From the NCBI GenBank assembly GCA_951406725.2, contig OX597843.1, forward strand, positions 18,600,001 to 18,664,000: a stretch of DNA of 64,000 bases, written 5' to 3'. The DNA is from Octopus vulgaris. Lineage: Eukaryota. Below the pieces are notes generated by a model. The model saw only the letters and a program-made list of their open reading frames with translations. It searched no databases and was not told the DNA's origin. The position numbers were made by a program, and so were the translations under genes. This document shows, one piece after another, positions 13,433 to 24,899 of this stretch (the stretch's first letter is position 1; each line of letters begins with the position of its first letter).

Positions 13433-13755
13433 AACGTATAGTGTACTAGCCAGACAGTTTTTCTAAATCAGTGACTGTCGTTGCTGGGAAAAACATTAAA
13501 TAGTTATTTGCAAAGGTCTCCTTCATCGAAAACCGGTGTTTACCATACGTTGACGAGAGGCAAAAACCTTGAAACTATAGTCCGTATGTATCACTTAGGT
13601 TTTCGAGGGAGGATGACCTCCCTTTGCAAATATCATAAGTGAACAGAAATTGTGTCTAAGGCCAGCTGGAGACGTGGATCTCCTGGGGCTAAAAGCGTCA
13701 GTAACACCCACCCCCAGTGGCTAGCCACATTCAGATGGCTAGTACACTATACGTT
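13433..13755 (+). mobile_element. Rod-like, hammerhead-containing non-coding element (retrozyme-like)
   Basis: Perfect 20-bp terminal IR AACGTATAGTGTACTAGCCA (13433-13452/13736-13755); nested 12-bp (13505-13516/13621-13632) and 9-bp (13526-13534/13598-13606) IRs leading into an HHR; TAA-rich flanks. Confidence 0.7.
13544..13588 (+). ncRNA. Type I hammerhead ribozyme, U3 variant
   Basis: CATACG TTGACGA GAGG caaaaa CCTT GAAAC TATA GTC^CGTATG; predicted cleavage after 13582; C3 replaced by U. Confidence 0.8.
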
Positions 13756-13769
13756 AATAGTAATAATAT

Positions 13770-15440
13770 TAGGGAGTAAATCCAAACTTACAGTGAAAAA
13801 TTAGATTTAGGGTTAAATCAAATTTCACAGTATAAATATAAATTAAATTAGAGATATAACCATTATTAGGAAAATCAAACAGTTAATAATATAAAAATAA
13901 ATATAATTAAATATAATATACAAAATATATAAAATTCAAAATTTAAATTATTTAAATTTAAAATTTTTAATTTATATTTATAAATTTTTATATTTTTTAT
14001 ATTTTAAAAATTTAAAATTTATAAATTTTAAATCTTTTTATTATTTAATTTTTTAATTTTTTAATTTCTTAATATTTTTATTTTGTTAATGTTTTTATAT
14101 AACTATCAAAAAGTATTAAAAAGTTTAATATAATATAATTAAAACCACTACTTACGTTTCATGGCCATAACCCGATTCGAATTACAATAATTTAAATTCA
14201 ATTAAAAATTCGAATTATAATTATAGTCAATCTTCAGGTTAATGATAATAGTTAAATAAATAAGCAAATATAGTTAAACAATATTTTTAAAGAAATGAAT
14301 AAAATAATAATTTTTCTTATAAAAACTCCATTATCAAATTAGAATCTTTAACGATTAGGATTATGTCATACAATCCAATTTTAACATTAAATATTAATTT
14401 TTAAGGTAAAAATAGATAGAAAATGTATTTATTAAGATATAATAAGGTTTTAAAAAACATAATGAATTCACGAATAACCTAATCTCTGTTATAGTCAATA
14501 TCTAATTACCAAATTATTTAACAAAAAAATAATTACTATTCATATTTTTAAATTTAGGTTCAAATCTAATAAGAATAATAAGAATTTAAGAATAATAACT
14601 AAATTATTATCAATAAATGTAATAATTAAGATCTAAAATTTTCTCTAACAATAAATATATATATACGTATAATGAAAACTAAATAAATTAATTATTCCAT
14701 TATTACTTACGAAATATATAAAAAATTAAAGATGAAAAAGCAAATTATAAACTATCTTTAAAAAACCGTATAACTATTTAACGATCAATATATCTCGTTG
14801 GCCTATAAATCGTGTCATTAACTAAATTAATAATCAACAAATGGAAAATTATTTTAACAATGAAAACTACGAATATATTTTATCAATGAAAAATACTAAT
14901 ACAACTTATCAATGGAAAATGGCTATATTTAAGCTATAAGAGATGTTTATGAATATATAATATGGCTTAAAAACATAATAAACTCGCGAATATCCTTAAC
15001 TCAGTTATAGTCCAAAAATGTAATTACCAAATTATTTAACTAAATAATCATTTTTCATATTTTAGATTTAAGTACACATTTAATAGTTATTAAATATTTT
15101 AAAATAATAACTAAATTATTATCAACAAATATAGTGATAAAAATATAACATTTACGCTATCAATAAATGTATAGACATATAAAGAAAAATAAATTAATTA
15201 ATTTATCTAATACTACTTACATAAATATTAAATATTAATATAATATAATTATGAGATACATTAAAAGAATTAAAGATTAAAATCAAAATATAAACCAGTA
15301 ACTTAACTTTAAAAAACCGTAAGATAATTAAGTTTCTATATATCTCTTTGGCTAAGTAATATCTTACAAATAACGTAGAGTTATAATCTAATTATGTACA
15401 TATCTTTAACAACTAAATCATGAAATAACAATCAGTATTT
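13770..15440 (-). mobile_element. Extremely AT-shifted PLE-like relic with a diverged tandem duplication (about 14460-14810 and 14978-15350)
   Basis: Near-absence of G/C; duplicated block AATTACCAAATTATTTAAC...AATAATAACTAAATTATTATCAA; contains an HHR core. Confidence 0.45.
14143..14243 (-). ncRNA. Decayed type I hammerhead
   Basis: Minus strand: CTGAAGA, long imperfect stem II, GAAAC GTAA GTA; stem I only partly paired. Confidence 0.5.
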
Positions 15441-17053
15441 ATATAGTACTAGCATTAAAGACCCGTCGTTGCTGGGTCATAGTGCTAGTGCATGTATATA
15501 TGAGTATATATATGTGTATATATATGTGTACATATTACATGTACATCTATATATATACATTTACACATAAAATACAAAATACAACGTTATATCTTGATAT
15601 CGCTAGTGATAAAAATACTCAAAATATATAACAGACTGGAATTGTTAGCCCGTCTCTTGTAATTTCGATTAATTGTATCTTGTGCTCCCTCTTGTATACA
15701 AGTGTGGCTACAATCTAGCCTACCTCTACTTCTGGTGGAGGGGGGGCATTTTTATTTTTTTCCGGGACGGCCATCGTCGCAGATATAAAGGTAAAAATAA
15801 AATATTTCCACTTTGCAAGTTCGAGCCGAGTACTCCTTTGCAGGCTCCGTTGACTCAAACCTTTCTTCTATTGTGGCGAATTTACCGCCTCTGATTACAT
15901 ATCTTTCATAGTCGCACTAAGACACTTTTCGAAGGTGCTTTCCTACATGTGTTCAAATCTTTTTTTTCTACATTGTATACTTTATAGACAATAGTCTTTT
16001 CTTTAATTTAATTTTTTATTATCCATCTGGACTTTTCCATTTCTGCACGCTAATTTTATTTTTAATTTATTCCCATTCTTGTGAAACCACTTATTCAAGT
16101 TCAAGTCATTGATGCAATTTTATACCAATTGCTATTTTTACTTTTGTTATGTTACGATTATATTATATCTTTGTTTGATTTTAGTTATTACTTACTACAT
16201 ATAATTCAATTGTTATTATTATTTTTATTGTTAAAGTGAAAGTACCTGACATAAAATACAGAAATGTTTTTGTTTCACTAAAAGTACTCCAGTGGCAATG
16301 TAATGATATAAGAACTTTAAAAAAAATGAATTATTACAATAACATTGACTATCTTCAGACTAGTTCACAACTTTAAGCATCATATTCGAAGAACATAAAA
16401 CAATAAAAGTTCATCTTTAGCTTTTAGTAGAAAATAATTTGAACAATGAAGAAGAAAATGAAAAGTAAGGATACTTCATCAGACTTTATTGGAAATCATA
16501 GGCAAACAAATAGAATCATTAGAACACATCAACGTGGGTTCGATTGTTACCAATTATTCGTCGATTAAAGCCACATCACTTTTTCGTGGTTAATACTTTT
16601 TAACGTGGTTTTCAATGAAAGATTCTTCTCAGTGTGCACCTCTTGAAAAATCTGATTAATCTATAGTTTTCTTTTAAAAGGATTGGGATATGTTGATTCA
16701 AAGTTACTTTTCCCTTTACACTGCCATTTTCACACCATATATATTGAAATAAATTTCTAACTTCTAATTATTTGAGTTTAAAATGTAACTTACAACTCGA
16801 TCATCATTATACGAAAAGACCAATTTTAATTTGATTGAGAAGTGATTTAAGGAATAAATCTAGAAGTGCTGCGAGTAACTAACAGTTGTCATTAAGAGTA
16901 TATTCATAACTGCCGTGGGTGAATAATATATATATATATATAATTAATTAATAAGGGTGAGAGAATTAGATACTAATTTAATAGTATACCTATTCAACAC
17001 CAAGTGGCCCAGTGCCCCGAGAAACCTGGATTATTATAATATTTTATACAAAA

Positions 17054-17209
17054 ATAAATATAAGAGAGTGGTCACTATGTGGCTCACTCTAGCAAGAGTA
17101 AATCCAAAAGGTTTCAACCACAAAAATACAAAATGTATTTTTGTGGTTGAAACCTTTTGGATTTACTAGTGCTACAGTGAGCCACATAGTGACCACTCTC
17201 TTATATTTA

Positions 17210-17210
<1 letters not shown>
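17054..17210. repeat. Near-perfect hairpin (77-bp arms, 3-nt loop) in a (TA)n-flanked insert of about 16945-17218
   Basis: Arms differ at only three positions around the AAA loop at 17131-17133. Confidence 0.95.
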
Positions 17211-17276
<66 letters not shown>

Positions 17277-17414
17277 CAGAAACACTAAATTTCTAAATCT
17301 CTCATAGAGACATGTACGGTGGTGGGGCGATAGAATGGTTGTATACTGTCAATCTAACACGAACGGGACAGTAGGGGGTACACCACCGCTGTTTAGCCCT
17401 AGGAAGCATCGACG

Positions 17415-17936
17415 AGAGTGAATGCGAGACCAAGGTAGAAGACAGGATGAGGAAGAACAAACACAGTACAAGGAACAACAAAGATTGATATTTCTGTGGA
17501 GAATGGAAAACATGAATGATATGCAGCGTGCGCAGTATCAGGACCAACAGAAAAGCGTAATGTAACAGACAAGGGAGAATATGGATGATTTGGAAAGGGC
17601 TGCTTTACTCCAAGGTCAAACAGAGAGACATCAAGATGGAGTTGCAAGTATGAATGCTGAACAGGCCTTACGTTTGCGAGATGAACAGCTGCAACGAAAG
17701 CGTGAAGGAAGACATGGACTACCACTAAACAGACACGATAATCCTAAACGAACCTATCGTATTGGTGATATGTACTTATATTGCGAGTATTGTGGGGCAC
17801 TGAACTTTAAATATGAAAACTTCATGTTCTGTCACAATAAGAAAGTGAATTTTACCCCACTGCAACTAAACCCTCAGACATTGAAGCGTTTGTCGAAGGG
17901 GAGACAAACACCCCCGGCCGCCCGGGCTGCATCTAG
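17415..17936 (+). pseudogene. Helitron RepHel N-terminal (zinc finger) fragment, copy 1, ending in hairpin plus CTAG
   Basis: IGDMYLYCEYCGALNFKYE..FCHNKKV matches the Helitron GxMxxxCxxCxA..F..E..CC..GKV motif; CCCGG-CCGC-CCGGG hairpin and CTAG at 17913-17936. Confidence 0.75.
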
Positions 17937-17947
17937 GGACACTTTGC

Positions 17948-18873
17948 AATAACTCATATTATTGAACCAGTACCTCAAACGAGTGAGGATGAATATATTT
18001 CTATACGTTCTTTTCTTGAAGTGAGTATAACTCTGCATAAATATATATTTCATAATATACCCACCTGTAGACACAAATGCAAACATATATATTCACGTGC
18101 AATCGTACACTCATACACCAAATGTTAGACGTTAATGCAGACACATACAGACACAAACACTCATAGACACCTTCATACACACTTCAACATGAAAATAGTA
18201 GCAGAACGTTAGTTAGAGATACAGAGAAAAACAGGAAGATGAGAAGACATTAAGTTCCTAGAAAAATTTTGTAAATAAAATAATATCAAAAAACTTAAGC
18301 ATCTTACAATTTCCGTAAACTTGGAAGATTTTGAAAGGATCCTTGTGGGATGGTTGTGATATTATTCCTACTGAGATCTCTGAAACATAAAACGCAGTTC
18401 AAAAGAAAGAGTATTAAAAAGATTTCTTATAAACTATTAAATCTTGTATCTTTAGAATGATATTAATAAAAAGAGGACGATGATGTTGATGATGATGATG
18501 ATGATGACGAGGAGGATTGCGATGTTGATTGTAAATGTTGTGATAATGACGTTGAGAAGGGAAAATGGTGATGATTATTATCGAAAACGATGAGAAACGC
18601 TACCGATTAATTGGTGATGACGACGTTGATTATTATGAGGTTCATAACGAAGGTGATGATGATTCTGCATGCTAGAAATAGCAGAGTAAATGGTGGAAGG
18701 AAATAGTTATGATGACAAGATAAATTATAACGATTAGTGAATACGAAAATATGATTAGTAGAAGGACTATGAATATGATAGCATTGAAGATGATACTGAT
18801 GATGATGATGATGATGACGACGATGATGATGATGATGATGATGATGATACTGACGATGATGATGATGATGATG
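17948..18873 (+). repeat. Helitron-associated module B, copy 1 (partial)
   Basis: GTGAGGATGAATATATTTCTATACG... plus GAT-rich blocks; matches the copies at 23538, 33033, 37153 and 53583. Confidence 0.85.
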
Positions 18874-19059
18874 ATTGGTTGTGTAGTTCTCAAGTTTTAG
18901 GGAATCGTAGTTGAGAAGATATGATATTACTAATTAAGGCATGTGTAAAATTTGAATGAAATTGGTTGTGTAGTTCTCAAGTTTTAGGGAAACACACAGA
19001 CAAACAGACAGACACACACACACACACACACACATTCTCAGTTTTATATATATAAAGAT

Positions 19060-19965
19060 ATTACAATTAAGAAATATATACATTATAATTAAAATATATA
19101 TATTTCAATTAAAATCAAGGTGGACACACAGTAAATTCCATCTCTACAAGATCACGGTTGAGGTTGTAACTTCTTCTCATACATTCTGCCGTTGGTTGTG
19201 CTTCCGCTATGGGGGAGATAGAAATTCGCAGTTTACGGTTATTTGATCCTTGTTCCAATGCTGTGCTTATGAATTAAGCAAATTACAAAACTTAATTGAA
19301 CAATGGATAGTTAAAGGAGATTAGAAGCTACTCGCGAGAGGGTTGGGCACTACAGGCAGCGGATAAGAGAAGAACAGCAGTAAGAAACCAGAGAAAGGGA
19401 CAAATGGTACCAACAGATGAGAGGATCTGCAATAGATGAAGAGCAACGCAAAGCACAATTGTAGTGAGAGAGAATGCGAGACCAAGGTAGAAGACAGGAT
19501 GCGGAAGAAGGAACACAGTACAAGGAACAACAAAGATTGATATTTCTGCGGAGAATGGAAAACATGAATGATATGCAGTGTGCGCAGTATCAGGACCAAC
19601 AGAAAAGCGTAATGTAACAGAGAAGGGAGAATATGGATGATTTGGAAAGGGCTGCTTGTCTCCAAGGTCAAACAGAGAGACATCAAGGTGGAATTGCAAG
19701 TATGAATACTGAACAGGCGTTACGTTTGCGAGATGAACAGGTGCAACGAAAGCGTGAAGGAAGACATGGACTACCACTGAACAGACACAATAATCCTAAA
19801 CGAACCTATCGTATTGGTGATATGTACTTATATTGCGAGTATTGTGGAGCACTGAACTTTAAATATGAAAACTTCATGTTCTGTCACAATAATAAAGTGA
19901 ATTTTCCTCCACTGCAACCAAACACTCACACATTGAAGCGTTTGTCTGAGAAAATTACCAAGAGT
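19060..19965 (+). pseudogene. Helitron RepHel N-terminal fragment, copy 2
   Basis: R/E-rich region and CEYC zinc finger (ORF 19633-20007); collinear with 35245-36145. Confidence 0.78.
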
Positions 19966-19967
19966 AA

Positions 19968-20236
19968 TTTCAACAATATTTTTTGTTTATCAATTGTAAA
20001 AATTTAAAATTATGAATTAGAAAAACATGTTTTTATGTTTATAAGTTTCGGTAAAATGAAGTATGATATTAAATGTTCATAAATTTCAATAATATATAAA
20101 AAATGTGGATCGTTTTGCTCAAATGCACAAAATTCAAAAGTGTTAGTAGTGATCGATAAGAAATGTGGAGTATCAAAGTTTCGGCCATACTGAGTTAAGA
20201 GGGAGAAAAACAAGGGAGAAATGAAGATAGTGAAAA
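19968..20236 (+). repeat. Dispersed repeat D, unclassified
   Basis: Near-identical to 63739-64000. Confidence 0.85.
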
Positions 20237-21109
20237 AAGGGTTTTTGTTTACAGTTTCGGTGATTCTCTTACCGACATGTGCAAGATCTTTTGCTTGTAA
20301 AGGCGTTTTTTAGAATCCGGTGTATTTACGATTTTTTTCCGTGAACGGATCTGATATTTGTTGACGTCTTATTTTTCTGGTGGTCAAGATTTTCATTCTG
20401 CCTGGTTGGCTTACCTGTGGGGAACGGTCATCAGCCATTCTAGTTGGTTGATTCTCATAAAGGGTAATTTTGTTGTATTTGCTGAAGTTCGATTTTGATT
20501 GTAAGTCAAATTTCATCGTTAGGTGACGTCAACAACTGGTATATGTATGGTGATATTGTATGGCGATTTCGAAACCCGAGTACAAAAATGTTACTAAAGC
20601 GTTTTGAATTATATCTGTTGTATCTCGTTTGTTTTTTCTTTGTGGAGAAAGTGGGCCCTTTTCTTTTTTCGCTTTCGTGTTTAAACAGAGGTGAATAAGA
20701 GGGAACGAATTAAACGATATTCTATATTCCATAATACTACAATTGTTACTAAATGATTTCACAACCATTGTACATGGTTCAGATGATGTAATTAATAAAT
20801 TGCGTAATCCTTACCATCTATCAGAGGTGTAAAACATGCTTAGCAGGTGAGTATTTCAATAAGTTCTACGTTCCACCTTTAAGGAATTGATGAAACACGA
20901 TGTAAATTATATCATCTCATCAAGAACTACTGATGTGATGTGTAGACACAATTGCATTGATATAGAATAAAGAAAGTCGCTGATACCATTCGCTTATTCT
21001 TCATTAGGTATATATGCATGTATGTATGTATGTACCAATCCTCTCTCTTTTACTTGTGTTGTGTGGACGCCCCCAGACGATGAAGTAGGCTAGCACAATA
21101 CGTAGATAT

Positions 21110-22745
21110 AGAGGGAGAAGTCTAGACGTCGAAGTAGAGTCGAGTTGAGTAGAGAAGTTTGTAGTTGATAGGTGTTGATTTTCAGGTCGAGTTGCTGAAG
21201 TTGAGTTGTATTTGTGAGTGGAACGTGAATTTATTGCTGATTGTTGCTGTTGTTGATACCGTTGTTAATATCGTTAAAGTTTTGTTGAGTTGATTTTTCC
21301 CATTGGGGAAAATGGAGAAGGCGCCAGCGGGCGGTCACAGCTGTGCAGCCGCAACTGGAGGAGAAGCGGGGAGAGAAGCATTGGAGACTTTTGAAGTAGA
21401 GGTCAAGGCCAAGAGGATGAAGGCTGGCGAGAGGATGCTGAGGGAGCAAGGCGAGAAGATAAAATTGACACCACCCGAGTTGCTAGTGAACAGTGTTATG
21501 AGGAGGGCAGTGACATACAGGACTGTGAGGGTCGCTACAGGAAGGATCGAGATAGCAACTGTGGAGGGGATCGAGAGGATGTTGGAAGGCATGAAAGGTT
21601 GATAACCTTCGGAACAGGATGCAGGGAGTATGCAACTGTGGATGTGCGTTTCACATCGGAGGAGGAAGCGATGAGGCATGCTACGGAGGCGGTCCGCTCA
21701 GAAGAATGGATTCTTCTGCCATCCTGTTGCGGCGGACGTGTGGCGAGTGTTCGGTTGGGCCAGGTGGAGGAGGCATGGCTGATGACGGCCATTGTGTACA
21801 ACATCGAGGACGAGGCTGGAATATTGAGGGCCACCAGAGCAAACAAGCTGCTGGGGCTGTGGGTTGGAGCTAACAACCCAGGCTAAAGTGTAGGACTTGA
21901 ACGGAATGGCAGAGGGGATAGTGTTGCACTGGGAGTGAAGATGGTAAGCAGGCCGCTTGTGTGATTCGAGTGTTGCGAGGAGAGACACATGAAGGCGAGA
22001 TGCCAAGGGAGGGAGCAGAGAGAGATTGAATAGGGTGTTGAGCAGGCATTGACAGTAGAGAATAATGAGAAAACAGCGGAAGAAGAATCCAAGCCAGTGG
22101 AAAGAAAAAGGAGGAGCGGTAGGGTAAGCCCGCCACCGACTAACCAGGAAATGAAGAAAGAAGAGGTGGGAAAGAAAGAGATAACGAGAAAGAAAGATGA
22201 TAAAAGTGAGGCGGAAAAGGAAAGTGAAGAAATAATTAAGAAGGTGTGTGACAATGAGTCAGAGAAGGAGGAAGCAAGTATGAAGATGACAGGTGAATTG
22301 ACGGAAGATTCAAGAACACAACTACAAGAGGGTGAGATGGAGAAACTGAAGACGGAGAAAGAGAAGGTCTCAGACTCAGAGAAGTGTATAGAGGAACCTA
22401 TAAGAAGAAAAGTAGTAAAACAAGAAAGGAGAAGACCGAAAGGGGGTGAGAACAAATGGAATTTTGTGACGTATTCTAAGAACAATGAAGTGCAGAGACA
22501 AATCGTAAAGTTCAGGCACATCATAAGGTAAATTTTTCCAATGACGTGTACCAAGAGAGTGTAAAGGTCATTGTGGTCGATAGGGGAACCTATAGGAAAC
22601 TTAGAGATATGTGCGGGGATTGAATTGACCCAGCCAGAGCGTTGGTGGCGTTCAACGTGCTGCCCCCAGTAATTGATCTGTTAGAACAGGAGCCGTATAA
22701 GAGACGTTAAAGATGAAAAAGGAATAAAAGAAAGGAAAACGTTTC
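21110..22745 (+). mobile_element. L1/Tx1-type ORF1-only element, decayed
   Basis: RRM-like YATVDVRFTSEEEA..ILLPSCCG, zinc knuckle *FECCEERHMKARC near 21962 with the first Cys mutated to stop, K/E-rich tail, AATAAA near 22723; no ORF2. Confidence 0.7.
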
Positions 22746-22794
22746 ATATTTGTGTCTTATTTCGCAAAGCGACTTTTCCGAAGGAAATGAAGTT

Positions 22795-23375
22795 ATAACT
22801 CAGGTAGTATAAGTTACTTTTATTAAACATACCTCGTTCGGGAACTTTATGATACCACTTCGTATTTATACGCCAAGTTTCTAACAGTTACCGTGTACCC
22901 TATTAACTAACATACACGGGTTTGTTCGGTTGAAGACCAGAGTACACGCAGAGGGTCAGAATACAGAAGCAAAATTGTTATCACACAGCCATACCAACGT
23001 CTAAGTGTATACTCACACATACACGCACACATGCACACACATGAGGGAAATGGAAAATTGATTTTATGAGAATCGTTAATCACTACGGCCGTTTCAGCCC
23101 GTCTTCAATCGGCAACTCACGGATGAGATAATGGTCGAGTGGACTCGGTGCATCTTTCTGTGCAGATATTTCTCATCAGTTGACGTTTCAAAAAGCACCT
23201 CGCTCAATAAACTCGGTTTCAGTCGGTTCGATTATAATGTATTTCGTTATGTTAAGAAGAAGAACAACAATAACAACAACAACAACAAAATCAGTAACAA
23301 CGAGGAAGTCGATGATGAAGAAAAGATAATAAAAGTAGCAAGAAAACAGACAAGATGGACAATAAAAACAATATG
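22795..23375 (+). repeat. Dispersed repeat C; empty-site paralog of the Dong-like insertion at 41587-43823
   Basis: Matches the reverse complement of 43886-44395 joined to 41210-41431. Confidence 0.88.
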
Positions 23376-23537
23376 ACAATTACGAATGAGGATAGAAATG
23401 ACAATAAAAATATATCAACGTAAGTAATATCATTACACACACAGACAAACATACGAGGGACACACCAAACATTGTCTTTTATTGTGGACGACTGACTACT
23501 CTAACATCCTTCCTAAAGAAATTGAAACGGCATAAGC

Positions 23538-24890
23538 AGTCATCACACTGGAGAGTTTGACCAAATTGCCCCAGCTGTGGCTCACTGTACAAATAGAAAA
23601 TGACGACTGCCAACTTTAGCACGTCATGTAATTGTAGAGTTTTTAATAACTCATATTATTGAACAAGTATCTCAAACGAGTGAGGATGAATATATTTCTA
23701 TACTTTCTTCTCTTGAAGTGAGTATAACTCTCCATAAATATATATTTCATAATATACCCACCTGTAGACACAAATGCAAACATAGATATTCACGTGCAAT
23801 CGTACACTCATACACAAATTCCAGAGACTTTCATACACACTCCAACACGAATATGGTAGCGGAATATACGTTAGAGATACAGAGAGAAAAAGAAAGATGA
23901 AAAGACATTAAGTTCCTAGAAAAATTTCGTAAATAAAATATCAAAAAACTTAAGCAACTTACAAGAAGATTAAACTTGGAAGATTTCGAAAGGCTCCTTG
24001 TTGGATGGTTGTGATCTGATTCTTCCAGAAATTTCTGAAACATAAAACACGGGTCAAAAGAAAGAGTATTAAAAAGATTTCTGATAAAATATTAAATTTT
24101 GTATCTTTAGAATCATATTAAGAAGAAAACGACGATAACGGAGAAAATGGCCGAGATGATGTTTATGTTGATGATGAGGGGGAGGAGGATGGCGATGTTG
24201 ATGGTAAATGTTGTAATAAGGACGGTGAGGCGGATTCGGGGGATAATGATGATGATTATTATCGAGAACGTCGAGAAAGGCTTCGATGAATTGGTGATGA
24301 CGATGTTGATTATTGCGATGTTCATATCGAAGGTGATGACGACCTTATAATAATTCTGCTTGTCATTATGTTAATTAGTCCGTCGGTAACGCTTTCTCGT
24401 GATTAGAGAAAAAGAGGGAAAGTGAAGTGTCCATGATATGAGGTAGAAGGAACGTAACTGTAACGCTTTCACGTGATAGGTGAATGCAAAGAGAGACCAA
24501 GAGAAAGAAAAAGGAGAGAGAAAAAGAGGAAGAGGGCATGTGGTAGGGGGAACGAAATATTTATTACACGATAAAAATGTTAGTTGAAGGTCGTGATATT
24601 GAGGAGGGTTAGGAATATAATTTAGGTAGAGGGGTGATGTTCTGATGGTGAGATTAAAGAAAAACATATATATATATATGTATATAGATAGAGAGATAGA
24701 TATATATATGTATTTATGTATATATATATATATATATCAGTAGATAAGAAGGGAAGCTAAGAGAGATGGTGGCAGTGGTGGTGGGTGATGTGGTAGTAAG
24801 TATTTTAAATCCCCTATCACCTAACGCATGATCAGAAATGCAATTCCATGAAATATTCACACTTATATACAGTGTCATATGTACGGCGTA
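23538..24890 (+). repeat. Module B, copy 2, directly upstream of RepHel
   Basis: Shared blocks AAAATGACGACT.CCAA, TTAGTCCGTCGGTAACGCTTTCTCGTGATTAGAG and ATCCCCTATCAC. Confidence 0.88.
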
Positions 24891-24899
24891 TAAATAAAT

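Larger units (their letters stand above)
15449..19058 (-). mobile_element. Composite non-autonomous Helitron (family A ends) carrying nested inserts
   Basis: 5' A|TCTTTATATATATAAAA at 19058 with a GT/GTCT tract; internal family A homology at 16230-16280; 3' hairpin GACCC..GGGTC and CTAG|T at 15449. Confidence 0.7.

Noticed and set aside
16300-16920. Possible decayed Polinton-like or other coding relic
   Set aside because: Only a vague resemblance; no motif I can name with confidence.
23075-23115. TTGAAGA-CGGGCT-GAAACGGCCGTA motif on the minus strand (paralog at about 44028-44052)
   Set aside because: HHR-like spacing, but stems I and II do not pair in either copy.
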